Positions 9,502-18,105 of a DNA stretch of 51,903 bases are shown in pieces. Location of the stretch: the NCBI GenBank assembly GCA_964342365.1, contig CAYFGW010000002.1, forward strand, positions 1 to 51,903. Direction: 5' to 3'. The notes beneath the pieces were generated by a model, which worked only from the letters and a program-made list of their open reading frames with translations, had not been told where the DNA came from and searched no databases. The stretch's first letter is position 1. Each line of letters opens with the position of its first letter. This DNA is from an uncultured Candidatus Sericytochromatia bacterium. GTDB taxonomy: Bacteria > Cyanobacteriota > Sericytochromatia > UBA7694. The position numbers were made by a program, and so were the translations under genes.

Positions 9502-9643
9502 AGGGTGAAATAATTATTAATCACAGTTTAACACTTTGTATCATTTTCGTTGCGAGATCGTCTGTAATCAAAGAACAATCGTCAAACGCTCGAAAAATGA
9601 ACGGATCCTGTGCTAAGATTTGAAAAAACATCGGGCTTTCGCC

Positions 9644-10555
9644 ATGAAAATAGTAATTAAGCGCGGAAAAATTGTGCCCTTTGAGGAGTTGCCTCCTCAT
9701 TCGATTGCCTTAGACGGCTATGTGCAGGGTCCTGCCATTGATGTGGCTCAGCAAAAGTATAGCTTTGACCACCATGCAGGCTGTATTCGGCTGGTCACAA
9801 AGGCAACGTGTGCACAGGTTTTGGACGCACTCATTCTGGGACTTAAACCCGGAAATATGACGGTATATTTAAACGATATTGACGCAGACACGGTGCTGGC
9901 CACCTGGCTGCTGAAACATCCCACATGCATTAAAAATCCCCGGGTGCGCAATCTGGTGGAAGACGTGGCCAATGTGGATGCTCACGGGCCCTCTTACTTT
10001 TCCTATGTAAGAGATTCAGAACTCTGTCAGCGCTTTTTTAAAGGGGCCATGGAGCCGGAATGCCGCTGTCGCCGCGACAACGATTACGCCACGGCGGATC
10101 TTTATCAACTGTTGTTTGCCTGTTTAAAACGCACCGACAAGCTGATTTTTCACAATAAGCGCTACGCTATCCCCCAATACCCCCGCACCCGCACCTGTCG
10201 CTATGAGATCACCCATCAGGGCTCCGGATGGGTCATGACCTATAGCCCTGAACGGGTATTTGGTTCTCTTTACCGCGACGGTTATTCCAAAGTGGTTTCT
10301 TTTCATGAGTTGGAAGTGGTCAACGAAAACGGTGAAATGGAGCGTTCCTTTTCGTACACCATTGCCAAGCAATCCGACTTAATCAAAGACTTTAATATTC
10401 CCGCGATTTTGAAGCATCTGGATCATATTGAACCGGGCTGGGGTGGAGGAAGCAGCATTGGAGGGGCTCCCCGACGCCCCAACGGATCCCGCAGCTATTT
10501 GCCTCCGGATAAAGTCTTTGAAATTATTGAGAGCTTTTTGCAACGGCAACGCTGA
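9644..10555 (+). CDS. Hypothetical protein with His/Asp motifs (possible metal-dependent hydrolase)
   Basis: The track ORF starts at a TTG (9620), and the first ATG is at 9644. Motifs read by eye are SFDHHAG, NDIDADT, NVDAHGP and a C-terminal GWGGGSSIGGAPR. I recognise no family with confidence. Confidence 0.5.
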   Translation: MKIVIKRGKIVPFEELPPHSIALDGYVQGPAIDVAQQKYSFDHHAGCIRLVTKATCAQVLDALILGLKPGNMTVYLNDIDADTVLATWLLKHPTCIKNPRVRNLVEDVANVDAHGPSYFSYVRDSELCQRFFKGAMEPECRCRRDNDYATADLYQLLFACLKRTDKLIFHNKRYAIPQYPRTRTCRYEITHQGSGWVMTYSPERVFGSLYRDGYSKVVSFHELEVVNENGEMERSFSYTIAKQSDLIKDFNIPAILKHLDHIEPGWGGGSSIGGAPRRPNGSRSYLPPDKVFEIIESFLQRQR

Positions 10556-10634
10556 TTTGAAGGCTTTCACATTGTGGGCAGACCGCAAAGTGTGCTAGAT
10601 TATGTAAGCTTTCTAAGTATTCAGAAGGCATTCA

Positions 10635-10706
10635 GGCGATGTGGCCAAGTGGTAAGGCAGAGCTCTGCAAAAGCTTTATTCGCCGGTTCGAGTCCGGCCA
10701 TCGCCT
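10635..10706 (+). tRNA. tRNA-Cys (anticodon GCA)
   Basis: Cloverleaf folded by hand. Acceptor stem GGCGATG/CATCGCC; D arm GCC-AAGTGGTAA-GGC; anticodon stem GAGCT/AGCTT with loop CTGCAAA (GCA); T arm GCCGG-TTCGAGT-CCGGC. CCA is not encoded. Confidence 0.9.
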
Positions 10707-10721
10707 CTTTCTTTTGCTAAA

Positions 10722-12101
10722 ATGATTCCCATGTCAGCCTCTCTTTTAGCGCACTCCACCCGACAACTCCACCTCAGCGATCTTTTACAATTGCTCCCCT
10801 GGGTACCCGGTCACCAGGTGTGCGATATTGGAGCGGGCCGGGGCGAACTGGCCTTTCGTCTGGCAGAATATGGCTTTAGCGTGACCGCTCTGGACGTGGA
10901 TAAATCCGCCGTGGACACCGCACGCCAGCGTTTTGCCCATCTGGAATCTTTAAGTTTTCTACACCAGGATATTCGCGGGTTTCGCATGCAGCGAGAAAGC
11001 TACGGGCTTATTCTCTGCCTGAACGTGTTTCCTTTTATTCCCAACGGCGAGCGGGCCCGGATTATTGGCAGACTCAAAGCGGCTCTTAAACCGGGAGGAA
11101 TTTTCATTTGTTCAGGACTCCAGCAAAAGGACGCCTGGGCCAGCGAAAAAAAAGCCCGCACCAGCAATCAAATTTCAGCACGGCCCACGGGAACCTTTGG
11201 TGCGGACGAGTGGCAAAAACGCTTTCACGATTGGAACACCCTCTGGGCATTCGAAGGCCGAGTCAAGGTACGCAACCTGGATATGGAAGCCCCCCATGAT
11301 ATGACACAGCGCATTCTGCAAAAGCCCTTTGGCTCCCTTCCAAAGGCCGTGAAGTCTGCACAAAAAAGACTCGGCGTTCGCCCGGCGCTGGACATGCCCC
11401 GCGCGGTCTTTGAGGCCACGGACTTTTTGGAACTTTCTTCGGCCACCGTCAGAAACGTACAGCAGGATCATTTTCTGCTGCGCCTCCAGCAAGACACTCC
11501 TTTGCATGTGTATACCGAAGAAATATCACTGGCAGATGATGAAACGGACCCCGCACTGATCTCAGACTTAAAGCGGTTGTTGCAGCGTATTTCAGGACAG
11601 CGCCTGAAACTCAAACTGGGATTTTACGGTCACCAGCAGGGTTTCTTACAGGCCTTATTGCCCACGGAAGAGGCCCTGGAACACGTAAAAACCCGCATTC
11701 GTCGTTTAAAAAAAGAGCTTTTATGCCACCTGACGCTGGAACATCTGCCTTTTTTTGTGTCTCCGCCGGCCTGGGACATCACAGAACCGGTGTTTCTAAA
11801 ACACGTAGCAGAGGAAGCCGATTGCACGCTGGGACTGAGCCTGCAGGCTATTTACACCAACGCCACCGCTTTTGGCATGAGCCCCACAGAATACCTGTCT
11901 CATTTCCCTGAAGACCGCGTGGTGAGTTTGCACCTGGACCTGAGCACAGAACAATGGCAACAAAAACATATTCACCAGCTCATTCAGGAAATTTTTGCCC
12001 GCTTTGACCTGTCAGAGCTCACCTACGGCTCTCATATTTCTCAGGCCACCTATCAACAGTTTATGCTGCCTCTGGGCCAGCAATTGAAAGCCCTGCCATG
12101 A
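10722..12101 (+). CDS. Fusion protein: class I SAM-dependent methyltransferase (N-terminal) + degenerate DUF692/MNIO-like TIM-barrel domain (C-terminal)
   Basis: 459 aa. The N-terminal domain has motif I VCDIGAGRGELAFRLAEYGFSVTALDVD, plus LILCLNVFPFI and LKPGGIFICS. From ~residue 215 the sequence is collinear with the DUF692 consensus as I remember it: RLGVRPAL.., DFLEL, PLHV..ISL, LLPTEEALEHVKTRIRRLKKELLCHLTLEH, ITEPVFLKHVAEEADCTLGLSLQAIYTNATAFGMSPTEYLSHFPEDRVVSLHL. Several metal-ligand motifs appear to be substituted. Confidence 0.5.
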   Translation: MIPMSASLLAHSTRQLHLSDLLQLLPWVPGHQVCDIGAGRGELAFRLAEYGFSVTALDVDKSAVDTARQRFAHLESLSFLHQDIRGFRMQRESYGLILCLNVFPFIPNGERARIIGRLKAALKPGGIFICSGLQQKDAWASEKKARTSNQISARPTGTFGADEWQKRFHDWNTLWAFEGRVKVRNLDMEAPHDMTQRILQKPFGSLPKAVKSAQKRLGVRPALDMPRAVFEATDFLELSSATVRNVQQDHFLLRLQQDTPLHVYTEEISLADDETDPALISDLKRLLQRISGQRLKLKLGFYGHQQGFLQALLPTEEALEHVKTRIRRLKKELLCHLTLEHLPFFVSPPAWDITEPVFLKHVAEEADCTLGLSLQAIYTNATAFGMSPTEYLSHFPEDRVVSLHLDLSTEQWQQKHIHQLIQEIFARFDLSELTYGSHISQATYQQFMLPLGQQLKALP

Positions 12102-12111
12102 GTGAGTTGCC

Positions 12112-12846
12112 ATGAGTTTAAAACACTATCAACAGGCCTGGCGCAACGTCTTACAAAACGAACACCTGATTCCTGAGCAGCTTACGGAGACAGAACGCTT
12201 ACACCTGGAAAACTGGCAGGCCCACCTCCCCCAACAACAGCACGTGTTTAATACCATCAGAGAACATTTAATGACGCGCCTGCCCGTGAGTTTACGGAGC
12301 TTGCTACCCGACAGCTTTTTAAAACTTGTTTTGGCAGATTTTATTCGCCAAAATCATTCCTTTGAGCTGCTGCTGCACTTTGTGTCTCAGCGCCCCTCTC
12401 CGGTGCCTCACTTTGAAGACGTGTGTCGTTACGAAATCGCCTTGAAGAATTTGACCTTTTACCAACTGCCCACACCTTTTGCTCAGGCCGAAGGCCCCGT
12501 TCTGGCCAGATGGGCCCGGGTGCTTTCACTGGGTCCCCACTTCCCCCTTGTGCTCACCGCGCTACAACAGGGGCGAGCCGTGGAGGATTTACAGGAAACA
12601 CCGCTCCAAAACTATCTTTTGCTACGGGAGTTTAAAGGCCCCCGTTTATTGCCGTTGCCCCCTCTGGAGGCCCGCTGCCTGGAGGCGTGTACGGGAAAAA
12701 AAACCTGGGGAAATATTGTGGATAAAGTGCTTGCGGATCATCCTTCTCCGCACAGTGCCAGAGAAAATTTGCTGCGAGCAGAAACCCACTACTTACAAGA
12801 GGGCATTCTGTTAAAAAGCGCTTTGCCAGGAACGACTGCTTCTTAA
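12112..12846 (+). CDS. DUF2063-like protein (MbnC/BufC-type partner of DUF692 enzymes), tentative
   Basis: 244 aa, starting 10 nt after the previous gene. The N-terminal L.HYQQAW..VL pattern and the internal EDVCRYEIALKN resemble the DUF2063 N-terminal helical domain. DUF692-DUF2063 adjacency is a recurrent arrangement. Confidence 0.4.
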   Translation: MSLKHYQQAWRNVLQNEHLIPEQLTETERLHLENWQAHLPQQQHVFNTIREHLMTRLPVSLRSLLPDSFLKLVLADFIRQNHSFELLLHFVSQRPSPVPHFEDVCRYEIALKNLTFYQLPTPFAQAEGPVLARWARVLSLGPHFPLVLTALQQGRAVEDLQETPLQNYLLLREFKGPRLLPLPPLEARCLEACTGKKTWGNIVDKVLADHPSPHSARENLLRAETHYLQEGILLKSALPGTTAS

Positions 12847-13061
12847 GCTTCACGCAATTGAGACAAAAGCTGCCGAGAGGCTTCCGGCAATTCTGCCAGC
12901 AAATGCTCTACCTGAGAAATCATGTCCTCTGATTTGATGGCACGGGTCAGGGCCTCCACGTCTGCCCCTGATAACTGAAGCTGTGCGCGCAGGGCGTCAA
13001 AATCTTCAGTGGATAAAGAAGGAAGTGGAGAGACAGGGAGTTCAAGAGGACCAGTAACCAT
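12843..13061 (-). CDS. Hypothetical small acidic helical protein
   Basis: 72-aa ORF downstream of HMG-CoA lyase on the same strand. Its stop overlaps the convergent DUF2063-like stop within CTTAAG. I recognise no family. Confidence 0.35.
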   Translation of the reverse strand: MVTGPLELPVSPLPSLSTEDFDALRAQLQLSGADVEALTRAIKSEDMISQVEHLLAELPEASRQLLSQLREA

Positions 13062-13147
13062 AAGAGAACCTTTAAAAAGTAAGACTACTTTAATCTAAGC
13101 ACATCACTTTTTAAAAAAGCAACAAAAAAGTAAAAATTCTTTATACT

Positions 13148-14041
13148 CTAACCTGGACGGGTCAGGGCATATTTGCTCATGAGCTGACGCTGAAAACGCT
13201 CGGACAAATAATGGTTCACGCTCACCAGACGATCCAGATTCACACCGGTCTCAATGCCCATCCCGTCTAACATATAGATCAGATCTTCGGTGGACATATT
13301 TCCCGCTGCACCGGGGGCATAGGGACATCCGCCCAGCCCGCCTACAGAAGCATCATAGGTGGTAATTCCCATTTCAAGTCCCGCCAGAATATTGGCCAGA
13401 GCGGTGCCCCGGGTATCGTGAAAATGGAGGGCCAGTTGCTCGGCACTCAGAGTTTCTAACAAAAAGCTCAGCATGGTTTTTACGCCCAGCGGATTGGCCA
13501 CACCAATGGTATCTCCCAGAGACACCTGATACACGCCCATATCTAAGAGCGCATGAACCAGCGGGCGCACAGCTTCAGGCGCCACGTCCCCTTCGTAAGG
13601 GCAGCCAAACACCGTGGATAAGTAGGCCCGCACTTTAAGCCCCGAATTTACCGCCTGCTTCACCAATTCCGGATACATGCCCAGAGCTTCTGCGGTGGTA
13701 CGGTTGGTGTTTTTCAAATTATGAGAGTTGGTGGCGGACATAAAAATGGCAATTTCGTCCAGATTGGCCTCGATGGCCCGCTCAAGGCCCTTTTGATTGG
13801 GCACCAGTGCCGCATAGGTCACACCGTCATAGCGGGTAATGCCCGCGGCCACGCGATCGGTATCAGCCAGAGGGGGAATACGGTCCGGGCGTACAAAAGA
13901 CCCGATTTCAATGTATTTCACGCCGCTTTCGGACAGCTGATTGATCATATTGATTTTGTCCTGGGTGGGCAAAATATGAGATTCGTTTTGCAGGCCGTCA
14001 CGGGGACCTACTTCTACCAATTTAACAGCCTCAGGCCACAT
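13148..14041 (-). CDS. Hydroxymethylglutaryl-CoA lyase
   Basis: 297 aa. VKLVEVGPRDGLQNE, EIGSFV, FHDTRGTALANILAGLEMG and GGLGGCPYAPGAAGN are canonical HMGL/DRE-TIM motifs. Confidence 0.9.
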   Translation of the reverse strand: MWPEAVKLVEVGPRDGLQNESHILPTQDKINMINQLSESGVKYIEIGSFVRPDRIPPLADTDRVAAGITRYDGVTYAALVPNQKGLERAIEANLDEIAIFMSATNSHNLKNTNRTTAEALGMYPELVKQAVNSGLKVRAYLSTVFGCPYEGDVAPEAVRPLVHALLDMGVYQVSLGDTIGVANPLGVKTMLSFLLETLSAEQLALHFHDTRGTALANILAGLEMGITTYDASVGGLGGCPYAPGAAGNMSTEDLIYMLDGMGIETGVNLDRLVSVNHYLSERFQRQLMSKYALTRPG

Positions 14042-14448
14042 TATTTAAGCTCCTTCAGGGCGTCGCCTCCGCGTTGGAGGGCTTTTTCAGCATCCGCCAG
14101 CCGTTGATTCACCATTACAAGCCCCTTGTCCTGTTTCCAGAGATGATCCGCCATAACGTAGTGCTCAAAAGATTTTTTCAGGTGTCGGTAAGCGGGCTCA
14201 GCGGCCTGGGGCGAGTTTTGATACTTTTTGAGTTCTTGTTGCGCCACAGGAATCATACGATTGACCCGCTCTGTGTAACGCACCTTGGCAAATTTAGAGG
14301 ATTTCACCAGACTTTGCACGTCGGCCAGCGCCGTTTGTGCTTTGACCATATCCGCATAAAACGCATTCTGAGTGCGATCTGCCTGGCTACTACAGCTCCA
14401 CAACAGAAATGGGACGCAAACCCAGAGCAAAAACCTTTTCATATGCAC
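14041..14448 (-). CDS. Hypothetical lipoprotein
   Basis: 135 aa with a signal peptide and lipobox (MKRFLLWVCVPFLLWSC). Its stop overlaps the HMG-CoA lyase start (TAATG). Confidence 0.55.
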   Translation of the reverse strand: MHMKRFLLWVCVPFLLWSCSSQADRTQNAFYADMVKAQTALADVQSLVKSSKFAKVRYTERVNRMIPVAQQELKKYQNSPQAAEPAYRHLKKSFEHYVMADHLWKQDKGLVMVNQRLADAEKALQRGGDALKELK

Positions 14449-14498
14449 CTCCGTTTGCAGTCATCATAACATACGGAGATACGGTGCTTAAGAGGTAT

Positions 14499-15098
14499 TC
14501 AGGAGGCTGCTTCCGCAGATTTTCTTTCCTTTAAAACGGCCGCAGGGGGCGTAAATGTCACCGGCTGCTTGAAAAAGGGATCGCGGTTCCAGAGAGCCAT
14601 ACACACAGACGTCACACTGGCCAGCGCCAGCCAGGGAATAAGAGTCATATGCAGCCATGCGGCTTTTCTATCGCCGGATTTAAGGGCCAGGGTTAACGAG
14701 GTGAGATTCACGCCGAGATCCGCCACGGTTAGCATGGCAGCCCCAATGGGAGAACGCAGCCCAAAATATACGGCACCAAAACTACAGTAAATCAGGGTGG
14801 CCAGGGTTTTACACCCCAAATACGCAGTGCGATAAGCGCTCGGCTTTTGTTTTGACACATGCAGCATGCCCACAATATCCAGTACGATGTTGATCAACCA
14901 TACGGGGCCAAACACATATCCCGGGGGTGCAAAGCGAGGTTGCTTTAGACGCTTGTAAAAGGCCCGGTCTTTTTGAGACACCTCTTGCTGTTTTTTCACG
15001 GATTCTGTGGCCACCGCACTCACAATTTGCATGCCCAGAAAAAGTAAGACCCCGTGATACCATTTCCATCGGGGAGAGGTGTTCCCTATTTTCATCAC
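14499..15098 (-). CDS. TspO/MBR-family membrane protein (tentative)
   Basis: 199 aa and multi-TM. LKQPRFAPPGYVFGPVWLINIVL matches the TspO P-x-PP-x-FGPVW signature, and the C-terminal LIPWLALASV...LWN resembles the last TspO helix. Confidence 0.55.
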   Translation of the reverse strand: MMKIGNTSPRWKWYHGVLLFLGMQIVSAVATESVKKQQEVSQKDRAFYKRLKQPRFAPPGYVFGPVWLINIVLDIVGMLHVSKQKPSAYRTAYLGCKTLATLIYCSFGAVYFGLRSPIGAAMLTVADLGVNLTSLTLALKSGDRKAAWLHMTLIPWLALASVTSVCMALWNRDPFFKQPVTFTPPAAVLKERKSAEAAS

Positions 15099-15155
15099 CG
15101 TTGCTCCTTCTTTTCGCCTACGTGCTTTTTACGTACGTGTTCAGCATAAAAGAAA

Positions 15156-16400
15156 TCAGGCGTTGACCACAGGTGACGACGGGGCTTTTTTATGAGATTT
15201 TAAGTCCCTGTAGGTCTTGTGAAACAGAGCCAGACCCAGACCCGCAGCAAAAGAAAGCACCGTAGAAACCCCCAGCCACAGGGGCTTAACGGGACGGTGA
15301 GGCTCTAGAGGCACCACCGCATGATCCAGTACCCGAAACAATTTGAACTGCCGCTGCTGGTCCAATTCCGCAGCGGTAGTTTGCTGCTGTAGGAGCAAAT
15401 AGAGCTGATTCTTGAGGGTCACCTGACGCTGCAAACGGGCCAGGGTCAACCCCTGCTGAGGCAGCTTTTTCAGTCGATTTGTATAGCGCTGCTGCTCGCG
15501 CTGCAAGCTAAGCTTGCGCTGTTTTAAGCCCGCCAACTCCATTTCCAGCGCGTTGCGCTGGGAAGCACTTTCGGGTGCCAGTTCCGCGCTGGAATTGCGC
15601 AGGGTTTGCTGACGGGCCAGCGTTTCTTTGTACGCGGCATCTGCAGTAATCACCTCGGCTTCCAGCTCCGCCAATGCTTTAATGCGCTGTTTGACTTCAT
15701 CATCCAGAGACACCGTATCATAGCGCTGCTGAAACACAAGCAGATCATTTTCAGCGGCGGCCAACTCTTTTTTGAGGGTATCCCTCTGATTCTTCAGATA
15801 CGCCAGCTGCTGGTTTTCGTCGGCGTTTAACACCTTTTCCATAAACGCGCGCAGACGGCTGACATAGGCTTCTGCCAGCTGAACCGACAGGGCAGGAGAT
15901 GACACTTCCGCCTGCACCCGCAGCGTGTGATTGCGAGTCCCCGGGGGCAACACCGTCACCTGCTCTTGCAGAAACTCGTAAATCACCTGCTCTCGAAAAC
16001 GCAGCCGTTCTGCCTCAGAAAAACGGTTTTCCTGCCGCGGAGACAGCGTGAGTTCCTCTTGCAATTCAGGCAGACTTTCCAGAGGGACAACTTCTGACAC
16101 TTCCAGGGCCAGCTGGCGACTTTTGAGCACGCTAAGCATGTCCTCTTTTAGAGAACGATTGGCCTCAATGCCTAAATTTTGCAAAGACCCCAGCATGTCC
16201 AGACTGCCCTCCAACTGGTTCAGCAGGGCCCCCACTCCCGCGGGCTGCTGCTTCAATAAAAGTACGCTGGTTTCTGCTAAGTAGGTGGGCCGCACCACAA
16301 AAAAGAGAGCGTATAGCGTTATGCCCATGCCCGTCAGGGTTATGACTAGCAAAAAAAGGGCGTAACGCTCCAGAAAATCCACGTATTCTCTCAGAGACAT
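15156..16400 (-). CDS. Polysaccharide chain-length determinant / co-polymerase (Wzz/GumC-like, no kinase domain)
   Basis: 414 aa. It has an N-terminal TM and Wzz-type motif (YALFFVVRPTYLAETSVLL), a long coiled-coil periplasmic region and a C-terminal TM (PVKPLWLGVSTVLSFAAGLGLALF). Confidence 0.75.
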   Translation of the reverse strand: MSLREYVDFLERYALFLLVITLTGMGITLYALFFVVRPTYLAETSVLLLKQQPAGVGALLNQLEGSLDMLGSLQNLGIEANRSLKEDMLSVLKSRQLALEVSEVVPLESLPELQEELTLSPRQENRFSEAERLRFREQVIYEFLQEQVTVLPPGTRNHTLRVQAEVSSPALSVQLAEAYVSRLRAFMEKVLNADENQQLAYLKNQRDTLKKELAAAENDLLVFQQRYDTVSLDDEVKQRIKALAELEAEVITADAAYKETLARQQTLRNSSAELAPESASQRNALEMELAGLKQRKLSLQREQQRYTNRLKKLPQQGLTLARLQRQVTLKNQLYLLLQQQTTAAELDQQRQFKLFRVLDHAVVPLEPHRPVKPLWLGVSTVLSFAAGLGLALFHKTYRDLKSHKKAPSSPVVNA

Positions 16401-17692
16401 CAGGGCGTTCCCCGGGCAAAGTTGAGCACCACAGAGACTACACCCAGCGTACTCAGCAGGAGCGTGGTGAATTCACTAATATTGCGAATATTAAAAAAGC
16501 TCTCCGGCAGGGTAATGACATCGCCTGCTTCTAATAAGGGGTTGTTCAGGGCATCATTTTGCCCCTGTAAATAGCCCGCCACGTTCAAAATACGCTGCTG
16601 ACGTTCTCCGGTTTCAGGGTTGATGCGGCTCAGTTGCACCTGAGATAAGTCGGCATTGGGCTGAGCCCCTCCCGCGGCGGCCAGTACGTCCATTAAACGC
16701 ATGCCGCGCTGCCAGTTTTGCGGGCCGGGCTGTTTGATCAATCCCTGCACCAGCACCGTTTGATTCCGCAATTGTTGGGTGGGTACGTACAGCGTTTCTC
16801 CAGCGGAGAGGGTTTCTGGCAATTTCAGGGGCACAAGTTCTGGCCAGCGCAGCGGAGCATCCGCATCGGGCAAAGCACCGTCCGCCTGCCTGAGCAGTTC
16901 CTGTACAGAAACGGTTCCCGCCACCTCATAAATCCCCGGTTGCCTGACGGCCCCGGCCACCAGCACCTGCTGTGTTAAACGGGGCACGTGAATATGGTCC
17001 AGGGGTTTGAGAGTGGGATTTTGTTGAGTTTCACCTTCCAGATAAAAGCGCATCAGATTCACGGGAAGCACCTGCTGCTCACGGCGAAGCTCTACCCGGA
17101 ACACCGTGCCCTCGTTGCCAACACCTCCCGCTGCGCGGATGGCCTGTAGCAGCGCCGTTCCGTAAGGCAAACGATACACGCCGGGATTGATCACCTGCCC
17201 GGTGATTTTTACAGTCATGGGACGGGGCTGTTCTAAAAAGAGCTGAAACCGTAAGTTTTCCGCCCGGTTCAGGGCCCTGGCCGCCTCATATAGCTCTTGC
17301 TTGAGCTGCTCAGCGGTTTTTTGGCGGGCCGTAAACACGCCCAGTCGCGGCACCCGGATCTGCCCTCTGGCATTCACCACCAGTGGATAAGACTGAGAGA
17401 GCCGGGGGCTTTGTAGATCCAGCGTCAGGCGATCTTCAGTATCTAAAAAATAGGGGGTGGGCAATTGCGGGGGCAATAGCTGAGGCGCCGTGCGGGTGAA
17501 AGCCACCTGCGAAAGCGCACGCTGTGCCGCCTGATTTAAAGCCTGTTGCGGAATTTTTGCCTGCGCAAACGCGCCCAGTGTCCACTGAAAGCAAAAAAGT
17601 AAAACCAGGCTAGCCTTCAAAAATATGCTGACGTTCAAGTTCAACTCCGCAATACATACAGGCTTTTTTGGTGGAATTGCTGTTGCGTCCAC
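16400..17692 (-). CDS. Polysaccharide export protein (Wza-like; Poly_export + three SLBB repeats)
   Basis: Three SLBB-like repeats are present: VKITGQVINPGVYRLPYGTALLQAIRAAGG, VLVAGAVRQPGIYEV..., VLVQGLIKQPGPQNWQRGMRLMDVLAAAGG. ATGA overlap with the wzz-like gene. The track start at 17692 overlaps the upstream gene by 83 nt. A TTG at 17620 would give a clean signal peptide (M)KASLVLLFCFQWTLGAFAQA. Confidence 0.8.
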   Translation of the reverse strand: MDATAIPPKKPVCIAELNLNVSIFLKASLVLLFCFQWTLGAFAQAKIPQQALNQAAQRALSQVAFTRTAPQLLPPQLPTPYFLDTEDRLTLDLQSPRLSQSYPLVVNARGQIRVPRLGVFTARQKTAEQLKQELYEAARALNRAENLRFQLFLEQPRPMTVKITGQVINPGVYRLPYGTALLQAIRAAGGVGNEGTVFRVELRREQQVLPVNLMRFYLEGETQQNPTLKPLDHIHVPRLTQQVLVAGAVRQPGIYEVAGTVSVQELLRQADGALPDADAPLRWPELVPLKLPETLSAGETLYVPTQQLRNQTVLVQGLIKQPGPQNWQRGMRLMDVLAAAGGAQPNADLSQVQLSRINPETGERQQRILNVAGYLQGQNDALNNPLLEAGDVITLPESFFNIRNISEFTTLLLSTLGVVSVVLNFARGTP

Positions 17693-17972
17693 AGGAAGGG
17701 CAGCTCACCACGCTGACCCCGATTTTACCATCGGCTTTGCCGTCTCGCTCATCAATTTCTCTGGCTTTGTTTAGCAGGTCCTGTTCCTCTAAGCGGGTGT
17801 TTTCACGGATCAGTTCCCACATGGCCTGACAGTAAAGGGTGAGATGATCCAGACGCTGGTGTAATTCCTTGACACGATCCTCAGCCTGTTTGGCTTTATT
17901 CCCCGCTGAAGCAGCCGCAGAATCCGCAGCACGAATTTTAGAATCTTGCCGCATATTGTAAAACATTCCCAT
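17610..17972 (-). CDS. Hypothetical coiled-coil protein with C-terminal zinc ribbon
   Basis: 120 aa with CPSCG-x11-CMYCG near the C-terminus. I recognise no family. Confidence 0.5.
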   Translation of the reverse strand: MGMFYNMRQDSKIRAADSAAASAGNKAKQAEDRVKELHQRLDHLTLYCQAMWELIRENTRLEEQDLLNKAREIDERDGKADGKIGVSVVSCPSCGRNSNSTKKACMYCGVELERQHIFEG

Positions 17973-18040
17973 ACAATCACCTCTGCCTGTAGTTTATCAG
18001 GTCAGAGTTTCGCTGAAAAACTTCGCTGAAAAACAAGGCA

Positions 18041-18070
18041 CAAAAAAAGAAGGCCGTTTAAGGCCTTCTT
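18041..18070 (-). terminator. Rho-independent terminator (minus strand) after the lipocalin-like gene
   Basis: 9-bp stem AAGAAGGCC (18047..18055) / GGCCTTCTT (18062..18070) with a 6-nt loop. The plus-strand A-run 18042..18048 becomes a U-tract on the minus strand. Confidence 0.75.
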
Positions 18071-18105
18071 CCTCATATTTCAGGCGGGTGATTTACCCTG
18101 GGTAT

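Noticed and set aside
9502-9643. Possible glycine riboswitch upstream of the AGCS symporter
   Set aside because: Glycine riboswitches often precede such symporters. However, I could not find the conserved GGAGAG...CUCUGGAGAG...ACCGAAGG elements on the minus strand of this 142-nt spacer.
10635-10721. tRNA-Cys as a genomic-island integration site, or as a functional link to the MNIO-like genes (PEARL/TglB-type Cys-tRNA-dependent peptide extension)
   Set aside because: There is no integrase, no repeat of the tRNA 3' end nearby that I could see, and no LanB/PEARL-like gene in the window. The adjacency is most likely coincidental.
12843-13061. 72-aa ORF as the precursor peptide of the DUF692-like/DUF2063-like pair
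   Set aside because: It is on the opposite strand and convergent, has no Cys, lacks a leader/core appearance, and looks like the last gene of the HMG-CoA lyase transcription unit.
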